A DNA stretch of 64,000 nt from Candidatus Bathyarchaeota archaeon (GTDB lineage: Archaea; Thermoproteota; Bathyarchaeia; 40CM-2-53-6). The position numbers and the translations under genes are program-made. The notes under the pieces were generated by a model that searched no databases, had not been told where the DNA came from, and was given only the letters and a program-made list of their open reading frames with translations. This document shows, in pieces, positions 39,221-50,720 of the stretch (positions are counted from its first letter, which is position 1; every line of letters begins with the position of its first letter). The stretch spans positions 1 through 64,000 of the forward strand of contig CAWHWX010000028.1 of NCBI GenBank assembly GCA_963833125.1. The letters are read 5' to 3'.

Positions 39221-42200
39221 ATGTGGATTGTTCGACTGGCCTTAAGGCGGCCTTACACATTCGTGGTGGCCGCGTTGGTGCTTTTGATCCTGGGCCCGCT
39301 GGTTATCCTCAATACCCCGACCGACATCTTCCCCAACATCAATATCCCTGTGGTCAGCATCCTGTGGAACTACACGGGCTGGATGCGGAGGAGATGTCCA
39401 ACCGCATCATCTTCCTGACCGAGCGCGCCTGACCACCATGGTGGACGACATTGAGCATATCGAGTCGCAATCGCTGAACGGCGTTGCGGTGGTCAAGGTG
39501 TTCTTTCAGCCCATGCGCAGATTGACAAGGCGATCGCGCAGGTGACCGCTATTTCGCAAACTCAGCTGCGGCAATTGCCGCCGGGAACCACTCCGCCGCT
39601 GGTGATCACCTACAGCGCTTCCAGCGTGCCCATCATCCAGCTTGCTTTCTCGGCCCAGAACTTTCCGAGCAGCAGTTATTTGACTATGGCGTGAACTTTA
39701 TCCGCACCCGGCTGGTGACCGTTCCAGGATGCGCCATTCCGTAGCCCTATGGCGGCAAGCAGCGCCAGGTGCAGGTGGACCTGGACACAGCCGCGCTGCA
39801 GTCCAAGGGCTTGTCGCCAATGGACGTGGTGAACGCCATCAGCGCGCAAAATCTGATTCTTCCTTCCGGCACGTCGAAGATCGGGCAGTTCGAATACGAC
39901 GTTGACATCAACGGCAGCCCGCAGACCGTTGACGAACTGAACCAATTTCCCGTCAAGACGGTCGGGAACACCACGATCTACATCCGCGATGTGGCGCATG
40001 TGCGCGACGGCTTCCCTCCGCAAACCAACATCGTTCGCGTCAACGGGCAGCGGGCTGCGCTGCTGACGGTGCTGAAGACCGGCAATGCCTCGACCCTGGA
40101 CATGATCTCCGGCAGTCAAGAATATGTTGCCGCAGATTGAGAGCACGACTGCCCCATCGCTGCAAGATGCAGCCTCTGGCCGACCAATCGATCTTCGTGC
40201 GCGCCTCCATCGACGGTGTGGTGCGCGAGGCGATGATTGCCGCCTGCCTGACCGGATTGATGATCCTGATTTTCCTCGGCAGCTGGCGCAGCACGTTGAT
40301 TATTGCGGTCTCCATCCCACTTTCCATCCTGACGTCGATCATCGTTCTGAGCGCGCTGGGCGAGACCATCAACATCATGACCCTGGGCGGGTTGGCGCTG
40401 GCGGTGGGCATTCTGGTGGACGACGCCACGGTGGAGATCGAGAACATCAATCGCAACATCGCCATGGGGAAAGAGATCGAGCACGCCATTCTGGACGGCG
40501 CACAGCAGATTGCGACGCCGGCGTTCGTGTCTACGCTCGCCATCTGCATCGTGTTCGTGCCGATGTTCTTCCTGACCGGCGTAGCGCGCTACTTGTTTGT
40601 GCCGCTGGCGGAAGCCGTTGTTTTCGCCATGCTGGCGTCATATCTGCTCTCGCGAACCCTGGTGCCCACCATGGCCAAGTACTTGCTGCGGGGACACGAA
40701 GCGGAAGCCGCTCACCCGTCGCGCAAAGCCGCAATCCGCTGGTGCGGATGCAAATTCGATTCGAAGAAGGTTTCGAGCGGTTCCGTGAGCGCTACCACGG
40801 ATGGTTGCAGACTTGCCTTCGCCATCAGCGCATATTCCTGTTGATGTTTGTGGGCATTTGCGTAGCTTCGCTGGTTGTTGATCGTTCCGATGGCTGGGCC
40901 AGGATTTTTTCCCATCCGTGGATGCGCGGCCAGTTCAAATTGCACCTGCGCGCCCGCACCGGCACGCGCATCGAAGAAACCGCGCGGCTTTGCGACCTGG
41001 TCGAGCAGGCCATCCGCGAGCAAATTCCAGCGCAGGACCTTGCCAGCATCATCGACAACATCGGGTTGCCCTATAGCAGCATCAACCTTTCCTACAGCAA
41101 TTCCGCGCCCATCGGGCCCGGCGGACGCCGACATCATGGTGGGCCTGAATGAGGGGCACGAGCCCACCGCCAAGTACATGCACGATCTGCGCTTGCGCTT
41201 GCCGCAAGAGTTTCCCGGCGTGACGTTTTCTTTCCTGCCGGCGGATATCGTCAGCCAGATTCTGAACTTCGGCCTGCCCGCGCCCATCGATGTTCAGATC
41301 GTGGGCAACAACGTGGACGGCAACCGCGCAGTTCGCCGATAAATTGCTGGAGCGCATGCAGTAGGTTCCGGACGGTGCGATCTGCGTATCCAGCAGCCCT
41401 TCAACCAGCCTTAGTTGCACATCAGATGTGGACCGCACGAAGGCGCAGCAGGTCGGGTTTACGCAGCGCGATGTAGCCAGCAATCTGCTGATCTCGCTCA
41501 GCGGCAGTTTTCAGACGTCGCCGGACCTTCTGGCTGAATCCAAAGAATGGCGTCAGCTATAACATCGCGACGCAGACGCCGCAATACCGCATTGAGTTCG
41601 CTGCAGGATTTGGAGAACATTCCGGTGACCGGTCCGAGTGGCGCGCAGCCCCGAGATCCTGGCGAGCCTGGCCTCCGATCACGCCGCGGCACCGGCATGG
41701 CCGTGGTCTCCCACTACGATATTCAGCCGGTCATCGATATCTTACGGCTCGGTGCAGGGACGCGATCTGGGCGGCGTGGCGACGCGACATCGACAAATCG
41801 TGGACGACAGCACAGAAGGAATTGCCGCGCGGTTCGCAGATTATCGTCCGTGGCCAGATTCAGACCATGCGCTCCTCTTATTTCGGCTTGCTGGGCGGTC
41901 TGGCGTTCTCCATTATGTTGGTGTACCTGCTGATCGTGGTGAACTTCCAATCCTGGCTGGATCCATTCATCATTATTTCTGCTTTGCCGGCGTCGCTGGC
42001 GGGGATTGTGTGGTTCCTGTTTGTTACACGCACCACGATCAGCGTGCCTGCGCTGACCGGCTCGATCATGTGCATGGGCGTGGCAACGGCGAACAGCATT
42101 CTGGTGGTGAGCTTTGCCAAGGAGCAGATGGCGGAAGGGCAGGATGCCATCGAAGCCGCGCTGCAAGCCGGGCTTCACGCGCTTTCGTCCGGTGCTGATG

Positions 42201-42401
42201 ACGGCGCTGGCCATGATCATCGGCATGGTGCCAATGGCGCTGGGACTCGGTGAAGGCGGCGAGCAGAATGCTCCCCTGGGTCGCGCAGTAATCGGCGGCT
42301 TGCTGTTTGCGACCGTGGCGACGTTGTTTTTTGTGCCGGTCTTCTTCAGTGTTGTGCACGGCATGCGGATGCGCTCGGCGCTCAATGCGCCTAAGCATTA
42401 A
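39221..42401 (+). pseudogene. RND efflux transporter permease subunit, disrupted by many frameshifts and in-frame TAG codons (pseudogene or assembly errors)
   Basis: MWIVRLALRRPYTF, TDIFPNINIPVV, GILVDDATVEIENI, ATANSILVVSFA, RFRPVLMTALAMIIGM; TAG at 39742, 41362 and 41412. Confidence 0.85.
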
Positions 42402-42439
42402 AATTTCATAGGTCGTTGGGATTAGGAGTTTTCTGAAGG

Positions 42440-43640
42440 TTGAAGAGCAAACCGAGCGAAGCACAAGGACCAGTGCCACAGTGGAATCGCACAGTTCTGC
42501 CCGCGGCTGGTGGATTGCTGTGCTGGTGCTCGTCGTGGTGGCTGTCGTCGTTGCGCTCACGGTTCTGCCGCGAATTCAGGCGCGCAACACCCTTGCCAAG
42601 GAAACGCAGGAAATGGCAATCCCCAGCGTGGCGGTGGTGCATCCGCAGCACACGGCGCCCGCGCAGGAGATTGTGCTTCCCGCCAATGTGCAGGCTTACA
42701 TCGACTCTCCTATCTACGCTCGTACGAACGGCTATCTGCAGCGGTGGTATGTGGATATCGGTGCCCATGTGAAAGCCGGACAACTGCTGGCTGAAATTGA
42801 CACGCCGGAAGTGAATCAGCAGCTCCGTCAGGCTCGTGCGGATCTCGACACCGCCGAAGCCAACGTCAACCTCTCGCAGATTACAGCGGATCGGTATACG
42901 GACCTGCTGAAGTCAGACTCAGTTTCCAAGCAGGATGCCGATAACGCGGCTGAGCGACTATGCGGCCAAGAAAGCGACCGTCCAATCGGCGCAGGCCAAC
43001 GTTAAGCGACTGGAAGACCTGCAGTCGTTCGAGAAAATCTATGCTCCATTCGAAGGAGTTATTACCGCTCGCAATACTGATATGGGCGCGCTGATTGACT
43101 CTGGCAGCTAGCGGCGGCACGCGCACCGAGCTTTTTCACGTCGCGCAGCCGGGCAAGCTGCGTGTCTATGTCAATGTGCCGGAAGCTTATTCGCAGGCAG
43201 CTAAACCAGGACTGACCACGGATCTGACGCTGGCGGAATTTCCCGGACGCGCATTTCAAGGCAAGCTGGTTCGTACCGCCGATGCCATTGATCCCAACAC
43301 TCGCACCCTGCTGGTCGAAATTGCGGTCGACAATCCCACGGGTGAACTGCTTACCGGCGCTTATGCCGAAGTTCATCTGAAGCTGCCCACGGCAAAATCC
43401 TCATTTATCCTCCCCGTGGACACGCTGCTTTTCCGCAGCGAAGGCCTGCGCGTGGTGGTGGTGAACAACAACAAGGCCGAGCTCCGGCCGATCACGATCG
43501 GCCACGATTTCGGTTCTGCCGTCGAGGTAGTCGCCGGCTTGAAGGGGGATGAGAGCGTAGTGATCAACCCGCCGGATTCAATCGAGTCTGGAGAGAATGT
43601 GCGGGTAGTTCAGCCGTCGGCGGGAGGATCTGCGCAGTGA
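42440..43640 (+). pseudogene. RND efflux periplasmic adaptor (MFP) subunit, frameshifted
   Basis: IYARTNGYL...VDIGAHVKAGQLLAEIDTPE, IYAPFEGVIT, LRVYVNVPE and IDPNTRTL across shifted frames. Confidence 0.82.
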
Positions 43641-45137
43641 CGCCAGCTGGACTGGGTTCTTTTCAGAACGAACAATTGCAGCGAGTTTGCATGGCGGCTG
43701 CTCTTCTTTTCGTTCTTGTAGCTTTGAGCGGTTGTGCCGTCGGGCCTCATTACTCACGGCCCGCGGCACCGGCGGCGCCGGCGTACAAAGAGACTCCCGA
43801 AAACTGGAAGCAAGCGCAGCCCGCCGACCAGTTCGCGCACGGCAAATGGTGGGAGATCTTCCAGGATTCAGCACTCGACACCCTCGAAGAGAAGATTGAT
43901 GTTTCCAACCAGACTCTTAAAGCTTCGCAGGCGCAATTCGAGCAGGCTCGCGCTCTAGTTGCTTTCAATCGGGCCAATCTATATCCCACGTTACCGGCCG
44001 ATCCTTCGGTTTCGCGTAACCGTCTTTCAAAAAATCGTCCGCTGCTTGGCGCGACGACCAACTATACCGACTTGGTGCTGCCCGTGGATGTCTCCTACGA
44101 AGCCGATCTGTGGGGCCGGGTGCGGCGAACCGTCGAAGCGGCGCGCGCCAATGCCCAAGCCAGCGCCGCCGATCTGGAGTCCGTGCGCTCAGCCTCCATG
44201 CCGAACTGGCGATGGACTATTTCGCGGCACGCGCTCTGGATGCGGAAAAGCAACTTCTGAACTCCACGGTCTCTGCCTACAAAAAAGCGCTGGAGCTGAC
44301 CAATAACCGCTACCGGGGAGGCATTGCGTCGCAGGTCGATGTGGCTCAGGCGCAGACGCAGTTGGAGACCACGCGCGCGCAGGCCACGGACCTGATGGTC
44401 GCAGCGAGCCGCCTATGAACACGCGATTGCCGTGCTCACCGGCGAGCCTCCGGCAGACTTTGCGCTTCCTGCAGCGCCGTTGAATGCGGCGCCGCCAGCC
44501 ATTCCTCCCGGCTTGCCTTCGGACCTGCTGGAGCGCCGTCCTGATATAGCTGCGGCCGAGCGCCGAATGGCTATCGGCGAATGCGCAGATTGGCGTGGCG
44601 CGCGCAGCCTACTTTCCTCCAGTGACGTTGTAGGCCAGCGGTGGATTCGAGGGAACTTCGATTACCAACTGGCTTACCGGGCCCAGCGGATTTGCCGCCG
44701 CAGGTCTGAGCGCGCTGGAAACTATATTCGACGCCGGGCAGCGTCACGCGGTTTCCCGGCAGGCACAGGCTGCCTACGATGAATCTGTCGCCAACTACCG
44801 GCAAAGCGTGCTCACCGCATTTCAGGAAGTGGAAGACAACCTAGCCGCGTTGCGCATTTTGGAAAACGAATCGCAGACTGAAGCCGCGGCGGTTGCCGCC
44901 GCCGAACACTCGCTGGCTCTTTCCAATAATCGCTATCGTGGCGGCGTCGCGACCTATCTGGAAGTCATTACCGCGCAGAGCGCGGCTTTATCGGATGAAC
45001 GCACCGCAGTTGAGCTTTCAGGCCGGAGAATGACCGACAGCGTGTTGCTGATCAAGGCGCTGGGCGGGGGATGGAGCACGGCAAGTTTGCCTTCCGCGCA
45101 AAGTCTGGCACGGTCTTCATCGTCCTCGAATCCATAA
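43637..45137 (+). pseudogene. Efflux outer-membrane factor lipoprotein (NodT/TolC family), frameshifted
   Basis: Lipobox [64 protein letters not shown]. Confidence 0.82.
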
Positions 45138-45148
45138 AATTTGATCAC

Positions 45149-46303
45149 TTAGCTAGCGTCATTGCCAGCGCCGTCAGCCGCGGAACAGATGTAAACAGCG
45201 GGCCTAATGCCGGTGGCTTGTGAATAACGCCCCGCAATTTTGGCCGCAAAATTCTCGGCGTCGGGCGAATTCAGCAGATTCACCGTGCAGCCACCGAATC
45301 CGCCGCCTGTCATGCGTCCGCCCCAATATCCGGGAAGGCCTGCCGCACTTTCTACCATTACGTCGAGTTCCTGGCAGCTGACTTCGTAAAGATCACGGAG
45401 GCTGCGGTGTGATTCAGCCATGAGCTTGCCAAACCCGTGCAGATCGCCTTTAGAGAGGCATTCGGCCCCATCGAGCGTTCGCTGATTTTCATGGATTACG
45501 TGCGCGCAGCGTTTGTAGATCGTGGCGGGTATTTCTGTGGCATGCATCTCGAGTTGCTCTGTCGAGACGTCGCGAAGGGCGCGGATGTCAGGATACCACT
45601 TCGACAAAATCTGCACGCCCTCTTCGCATTCTGCGCGGCGGCGGTTGTACTCCCCGCCAGAAAGTTCGTGTTTGACCATGGTGTTACAAATCACCAGCCG
45701 TACTCCAGGGGGTATCGGCACGAGGTTGAAATGCAGCGAACGGCAGTCGAGCAGCAGAGCATGGTTTGCCTTGCCAAGGCAGGAAATAAACTGGTCCATA
45801 ATGCCACAGCGGGCGCCGACGAATTCATTTTCGGCACGCTGGCAGAGTTTCGCTAGGTCTGGAGGAGGCAGTTTCGCTTTGGACAAGCTCAGAAGTGCAA
45901 ATGCGGTCGCCACTTCAACGGCGGCCGATGAGCTGAGGCCAGCACCGATCGGAACGTCACTACTGATGAGTAAATTGGCCCCGGGAATGGCGAATCCTAC
46001 CCGCTGCAACATGATGAGAACGCCTAACGCATAGTCACACCATGCTCCCAGGCGTTGGGACGGCAGATTTGCCGTATCGAACTCAAATGGTTCGGGAAAG
46101 TTCTGGGATCTCATGAGCAGCTTGTCATCTCTTCGCGGAGAGATGGCCACATGGACGGAAAAGCCAATCGCACACGGCATTACGAAGCCGTCGTTGTAGT
46201 CCGTATGCTCGCCAATCAGGTTGACGCGGCCGGGGGCGCGAAAGGTGTTGGGCTCGGCGCCATACAAATCTTTGAAATGCATGGCCAACTCTGCGGATTT
46301 CAT
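45149..46303 (-). CDS. galK: Galactokinase
   Basis: APGRVNLIGEHTDYN, VPIGAGLSSSAA, CGIMDQ, GRMTGGGFGG. Confidence 0.96.
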   Translation of the reverse strand: MKSAELAMHFKDLYGAEPNTFRAPGRVNLIGEHTDYNDGFVMPCAIGFSVHVAISPRRDDKLLMRSQNFPEPFEFDTANLPSQRLGAWCDYALGVLIMLQRVGFAIPGANLLISSDVPIGAGLSSSAAVEVATAFALLSLSKAKLPPPDLAKLCQRAENEFVGARCGIMDQFISCLGKANHALLLDCRSLHFNLVPIPPGVRLVICNTMVKHELSGGEYNRRRAECEEGVQILSKWYPDIRALRDVSTEQLEMHATEIPATIYKRCAHVIHENQRTLDGAECLSKGDLHGFGKLMAESHRSLRDLYEVSCQELDVMVESAAGLPGYWGGRMTGGGFGGCTVNLLNSPDAENFAAKIAGRYSQATGIRPAVYICSAADGAGNDAS

Positions 46304-46380
46304 GCGTGGGTTCCCTTACAATAGCGAAGTCTTGTAATCATGAAGTCTGGCGGCTCATTGTAGCGAACACTCCGGCCAAA

Positions 46381-47418
46381 TTGTTGAAACTCGATCAATA
46401 TCCGCATCGCAGATTTAATCCGCTCAGCGGCGAATGGGTGTTAGTTTCTCCTCATCGCACCCAGCGCCCTTGGCAGGGGCAAGTGGAAAATGCTGCGGCT
46501 GCGCGAGAACCGCAATATGATCCCGCATGTTACTTATGTCCGGGAAACGAGCGGGCCGGCGGGATGAGCAATCCGGCTTATCCCCACACCTTTGTCTTCG
46601 ACAATGACTTCGCTGCGTTGAGGCCGGGGACCGTGCGCGAGCGTATTGACGCAGAAGGCAAAGGCTTGCTGGTTGCCGAGGGGGAGCCTGGTGTTTGCCG
46701 AGTCATCTGCTTTTCGCCGCGTCATGATCTAACGTTGGCGAGCATGGAATTGCCCGATATCGAGGAAGTCGTTCGGGTTTGGGCAGACCAATTCCGCGAA
46801 TTAGGCGCAATGCCGCAAATCAACCACGTACAGATTTTTGAAAATCGCGGAGCGATGATGGGAGCGAGCAACCCGCATCCACACTGTCAGATATGGTCGA
46901 CAGCTTCGATCCCCGATGTTCCGGCACGAGAACTGATATCGCAAAAAACGCACTTGATGCGGCAGGGCAGGTGCCTCTTATGCGACTACATCAAATTGGA
47001 GACGCGGCAGGAATCCCGTATGGTTTATGCCAATGACAGTTTTTTCGCCATGGTGCCTTTCTGGGCAGTGTGGCCGTTTGAGTTGCTGATTTGCAGCCGC
47101 CGGCATTTAGGTTCTCTGGCCGATTTCACTCAGGAAGAAGTCCGACGGCTCGCGCAGACGCTGCAGCGAGTGACTTCCACTTATGACCGCGTGTTCGAAA
47201 CGCCTTTCCCTTATTCCATGGGATTTCACCAGGCGCCGACGGATGGCAAGGATCATCCCGAGTGGCATTTCCACGCGCATTTTTATCCCCCGCTTTTGCG
47301 CTCCGCGACGGTGCGCAAATTCATGGTTGGGTTCGAAATGCTCGGTACTCCGCAGCGGGATGTCACGCCGGAAGGCGCCGCTGAGCGTCTGCGGCTGCTG
47401 TGCGAAGAGCTTCGGTAA
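46381..47418 (+). CDS. galT: Galactose-1-phosphate uridylyltransferase
   Basis: PHRRFNPLSGEWVLVSPHRTQRPWQG, CYLCPGN, NPHPHCQ (HPH), RSATVRKFMVG. Start approximate (TTG). Confidence 0.95.
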   Translation: MLKLDQYPHRRFNPLSGEWVLVSPHRTQRPWQGQVENAAAAREPQYDPACYLCPGNERAGGMSNPAYPHTFVFDNDFAALRPGTVRERIDAEGKGLLVAEGEPGVCRVICFSPRHDLTLASMELPDIEEVVRVWADQFRELGAMPQINHVQIFENRGAMMGASNPHPHCQIWSTASIPDVPARELISQKTHLMRQGRCLLCDYIKLETRQESRMVYANDSFFAMVPFWAVWPFELLICSRRHLGSLADFTQEEVRRLAQTLQRVTSTYDRVFETPFPYSMGFHQAPTDGKDHPEWHFHAHFYPPLLRSATVRKFMVGFEMLGTPQRDVTPEGAAERLRLLCEELR

Positions 47419-47450
47419 CTAAATATCGTCTCAAGATATGTTCTGGGGCA

Positions 47451-47480
47451 TTGACATCCCAGCCTATGAATTCTTACTAT
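47451..47480 (+). promoter_or_regulatory. Sigma70-like promoter TTGACA-N18-TACTAT
   Basis: Perfect -35 and near-consensus -10 about 75 bp upstream of the ABC ATPase start. Confidence 0.6.
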
Positions 47481-47553
47481 TGAATTACCGCAAGTTATTC
47501 GTCCGTACGGAGCAGTTCAAAAGCAGTGCTCGATTCGCTTGGCAAAATATCTT

Positions 47554-48533
47554 ATGATTAAAGTTAACCAGCTGACTAAGAACTACGCGCGCGCGACTGC
47601 TGTAGATCATATTTCCTTCGAGGTTGAACGAGGCCAGATTGTCGGTTTCCTTGGGCCGAATGGGGCAGGGAAGACGACGACCATGCGCATGCTGACCTGC
47701 TTCTTGCCGCCGACGGCGGGCACCGCCACCGTTGCCGGCTTTGATGTTCTGGAACAGCCGATGGAAGTGAAGAAGCGCATTGGATACCTTCCCGAAACTC
47801 CTCCTCTTTACCTCGAAATGCACGCGGAAGAATATCTGAATTTCGTCGGCAAATTAAAGGGGCTCAGTGGCGCAGATCTGGCAAAAAGGGTTGATTACGT
47901 CTGTGAGCGTTGCGCCATCGCCGATGTAAAAAACAAACTTCTTGGTAAACTGTCCAAGGGCTATCGCCAGCGCGTTGGTCTGGCGCAGGCAATCATCCAC
48001 AACCCGGATGTATTGATTCTCGACGAACCCACTGCTGGACTGGATCCCAAGCAGATCAACGAGACTCGCGATCTCATCAAAAGTCTAGCCGGCGATCACA
48101 CGATCATTTTGAGCACGCACATCCTCCCTGAAGTCGAGCAGACCTGCCAGCAGGTGCTCATCATTAACAAGGGCAAACTGGTCGCAACTGACTCGGTGCA
48201 AAACTTGCAGAACCGGGTGCGTGGCTCGGAGTCGCTGCTGGTGGAAGTGGCGGCCGCAATGGCGCTCTTGACGCCTCCACAGTGCAGCAAAGGCTGGAGC
48301 AAATTGGCGGTGTGAGCAGGGTACATCTGCGTGAGAGCCGCGACGGTCGCGGCGTTTTCGAAGTGGAAAGCCAGAAAGGTTTTCTGCGCGGCGATCTGGC
48401 GCGTGCCGTGGTTGAATCGGGTTGGGATCTCAACGAGCTGCGGCCTGCTGCCGTAAGCCTGGAAGAAATCTTCCTGCAGTTGACGGGGCCGGCTGCCAGC
48501 GTGGCAACCGCCGGCAAAGGAATGCAAGCATGA
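47554..48533 (+). CDS. ABC transporter ATP-binding protein (GldA-like; one frameshift near 48255)
   Basis: GPNGAGKTT Walker A, LSKGYRQRVGLA, ILDEP, STHIL; C-terminus SLEEIFLQLT is in ORF 48282..48533. Confidence 0.9.
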
Positions 48534-49297
48534 GAAATGTCTGGGTCATCTTTCGCAAAGAGATTCGCAGTTATTTTGTTTCTCCGATTGCCTATTTGTT
48601 GTTGACCATGTTCGCGCTCGTTACCGCTCTTTTTTTCGGTATATACCTGCGTGGTTTCATCGAATACGGCATGGAAATGCAAATGAGCGGACAGATGGCG
48701 CCGATGAATCTGAACGAGCAAGTCATCCGGCCGCTGCTTTCCAATGCATCCGTAATCGGATTGTTCTTCATTCCGATGATTACCATGCGGCTTTTTGCCG
48801 AGGAAAAGCGCAACGGAACCATCGAGTTGCTGGCTACCTCGCCCATCCGCGATTTGGAAATCGTTCTCGGTAAGTGGCTGGCCGCGCTGGCGCTTTATGG
48901 TTGCATGTTGTTATTTCTGGCTCTTGATTTTGCGTTTCTTTTCAAATACGGAAATCCCGATTGGAAGCCCTTAGCCATCGGTTTTCTTGGTTTGTTGCTG
49001 CAGGTAGGAGGGTTGTTAGCGATTGGGATGTTTATTTCAACGCTGACGAAGAATCAAATTATCGCTGCCGCTGTCACGTTTGGGCTTTTTCTAGTGCTCT
49101 GGGTCATTTCATCGGTTAGCGAGTTCAATACCGCGACCTGGGCGACGGCCGTCTCCTATACCTCGATCGTCACGCATTTGGAGTCGTTTGAAAGGGGCAT
49201 GCTTGATTCCAAGGACGCGGTTTTTTATTTGAGCATGATCTTCTTAGGATTGTTCCTGACCGTCCGTTCCATGGAATCCCTGCGGTGGAGGTCGTAA
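48530..49297 (+). CDS. ABC-2 type permease (GldF-like)
   Basis: IFRKEIRSYFVSPIAY, PMITMRLFAEEKRNGTIELL, KNQIIA. Confidence 0.9.
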   Translation: MRNVWVIFRKEIRSYFVSPIAYLLLTMFALVTALFFGIYLRGFIEYGMEMQMSGQMAPMNLNEQVIRPLLSNASVIGLFFIPMITMRLFAEEKRNGTIELLATSPIRDLEIVLGKWLAALALYGCMLLFLALDFAFLFKYGNPDWKPLAIGFLGLLLQVGGLLAIGMFISTLTKNQIIAAAVTFGLFLVLWVISSVSEFNTATWATAVSYTSIVTHLESFERGMLDSKDAVFYLSMIFLGLFLTVRSMESLRWRS

Positions 49298-50674
49298 GTG
49301 AGTCTTAAATTCCTCAAAGCGCGCCAAACCAAATACGCGGGATTCGCCGCGGTTTATATCCTGGTGGTTTTGGCGGTGGTTGTGATCGCCAATGTACTGG
49401 CGGATCGGTACAACAAGTCTTACGACGGAACGGCCAACAAGCGCTATAGCCTGTCCGAGCAGACGGCAAAGATCGTCAAAGGTCTGAAGCAAGAAGCTAC
49501 CATCACTTATTTTGACCAGCCGCATGGCTTTCCGCACGCCAAAGACCTTCTCGATGAATACGCAAATCTTTCCCCGAAACTCCATGTCAAATATGTCGAC
49601 GTGGATAAAGAGCCAGAATTGGCTCGCGCCGCCGGCATCAAAAATTATGGAACGGCGGTCGTCCAGATTGGGGAACGCAAGGAAGAGGCGCAAAGCATGA
49701 CGGAAGAAGGCGTGACCGGTGCTTTCATCCGCGACCTGAAGAACACTACTCGCACCGTTTGCTTTGTCACCGGCAGCGGCGAACATCAAATTGACGATAG
49801 TGACCGCAGCGGATACTCCACTTTTGAAAGTCTTCTGGGGAAGGATGAGTATAAGGCGAAGTCCATTAATCTGCTGCAGAACGCGGACGTCCCGGGCGAT
49901 TGCACCGCAGTGGTGGTGGGCGGGCCTACGGGTGACTATGAGCAGCCGGAAGTGGACGCCATAAAGAAATATGTGGAGAGTGGCGGACGGGCATTGTTCA
50001 TGCTTGATCCCCCGCTGAAAATGGGCCACGGCGATATCTCGGATAACGATGCGCTAACCACCCTGTTGCAGACCTGGGGCGTAACCCCGGAGAAAGATTT
50101 GGTTCTGGACCTGAACCCCATTGGGAAATTAGTTGGGGTTGGACCCGAGGTTGCGCTTGTCTCCACTTATGATCCGCATCCCATCGTCACGGGAATGAAA
50201 GGCACCGCTACTGGGTTTCCGCTGGCGCGTTCGCTCGATATTAAGAACACCGATAAGACCACGGTAACCAAGTTGTTCAGTTCTTCGGAATCGAGCCTGG
50301 CTACCGCCAATTTGAGTTCTCCTGCCGTGAATCCCAACGATCCGAAGAACCAAAAAGGCCCGTTGACTCTGGCCGCCGCTGGTACATACAACACGGGCAA
50401 GGAGAATTCGCAAGGACGGTTCGTCGTTGTAGGCAGTTCGTCATGGACTGCAAACTCATTTATCCGCTTCAACGGTAATCGCGATCTGGCTCTGAACACC
50501 ATGAATTGGCTTTCCTCCGACGAGGACCTGATTTCCATTCGCCCCAAGGAACCAGAAGACCGCCGCATTACTATGACGGGTGCGCAATTGAACTGGGTCC
50601 GCAGCACAAGTCAGTTTCTGCTGCCGCTGATCGTGGTGATTGCCGGATTTTTAGTGTGGTGGGGTAGAAGGTAA
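49298..50674 (+). CDS. GldG family / ABC-type uncharacterized transport auxiliary protein
   Basis: N- and C-terminal TMs, DGTANKRYSLSEQT, FVTGSGE, NRDLALNTMNWL, LISIRPK. Confidence 0.87.
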   Translation: MSLKFLKARQTKYAGFAAVYILVVLAVVVIANVLADRYNKSYDGTANKRYSLSEQTAKIVKGLKQEATITYFDQPHGFPHAKDLLDEYANLSPKLHVKYVDVDKEPELARAAGIKNYGTAVVQIGERKEEAQSMTEEGVTGAFIRDLKNTTRTVCFVTGSGEHQIDDSDRSGYSTFESLLGKDEYKAKSINLLQNADVPGDCTAVVVGGPTGDYEQPEVDAIKKYVESGGRALFMLDPPLKMGHGDISDNDALTTLLQTWGVTPEKDLVLDLNPIGKLVGVGPEVALVSTYDPHPIVTGMKGTATGFPLARSLDIKNTDKTTVTKLFSSSESSLATANLSSPAVNPNDPKNQKGPLTLAAAGTYNTGKENSQGRFVVVGSSSWTANSFIRFNGNRDLALNTMNWLSSDEDLISIRPKEPEDRRITMTGAQLNWVRSTSQFLLPLIVVIAGFLVWWGRR

Positions 50675-50720
50675 ATCAGATGTTGGCGGTCGCAGACCTG
50701 TTGGGAAAAGTAAGATCACG

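Noticed and set aside
39742-44633. In-frame stops in the RND genes are TAG (39742, 41362, 41412, 44631), suggesting amber recoding or readthrough
   Set aside because: They fall at positions where different residues are expected and co-occur with many frameshifts, and TAG is the normal stop of intact genes here (for example at 3255, 15330 and 38937). Sequence error or decay explains them better.
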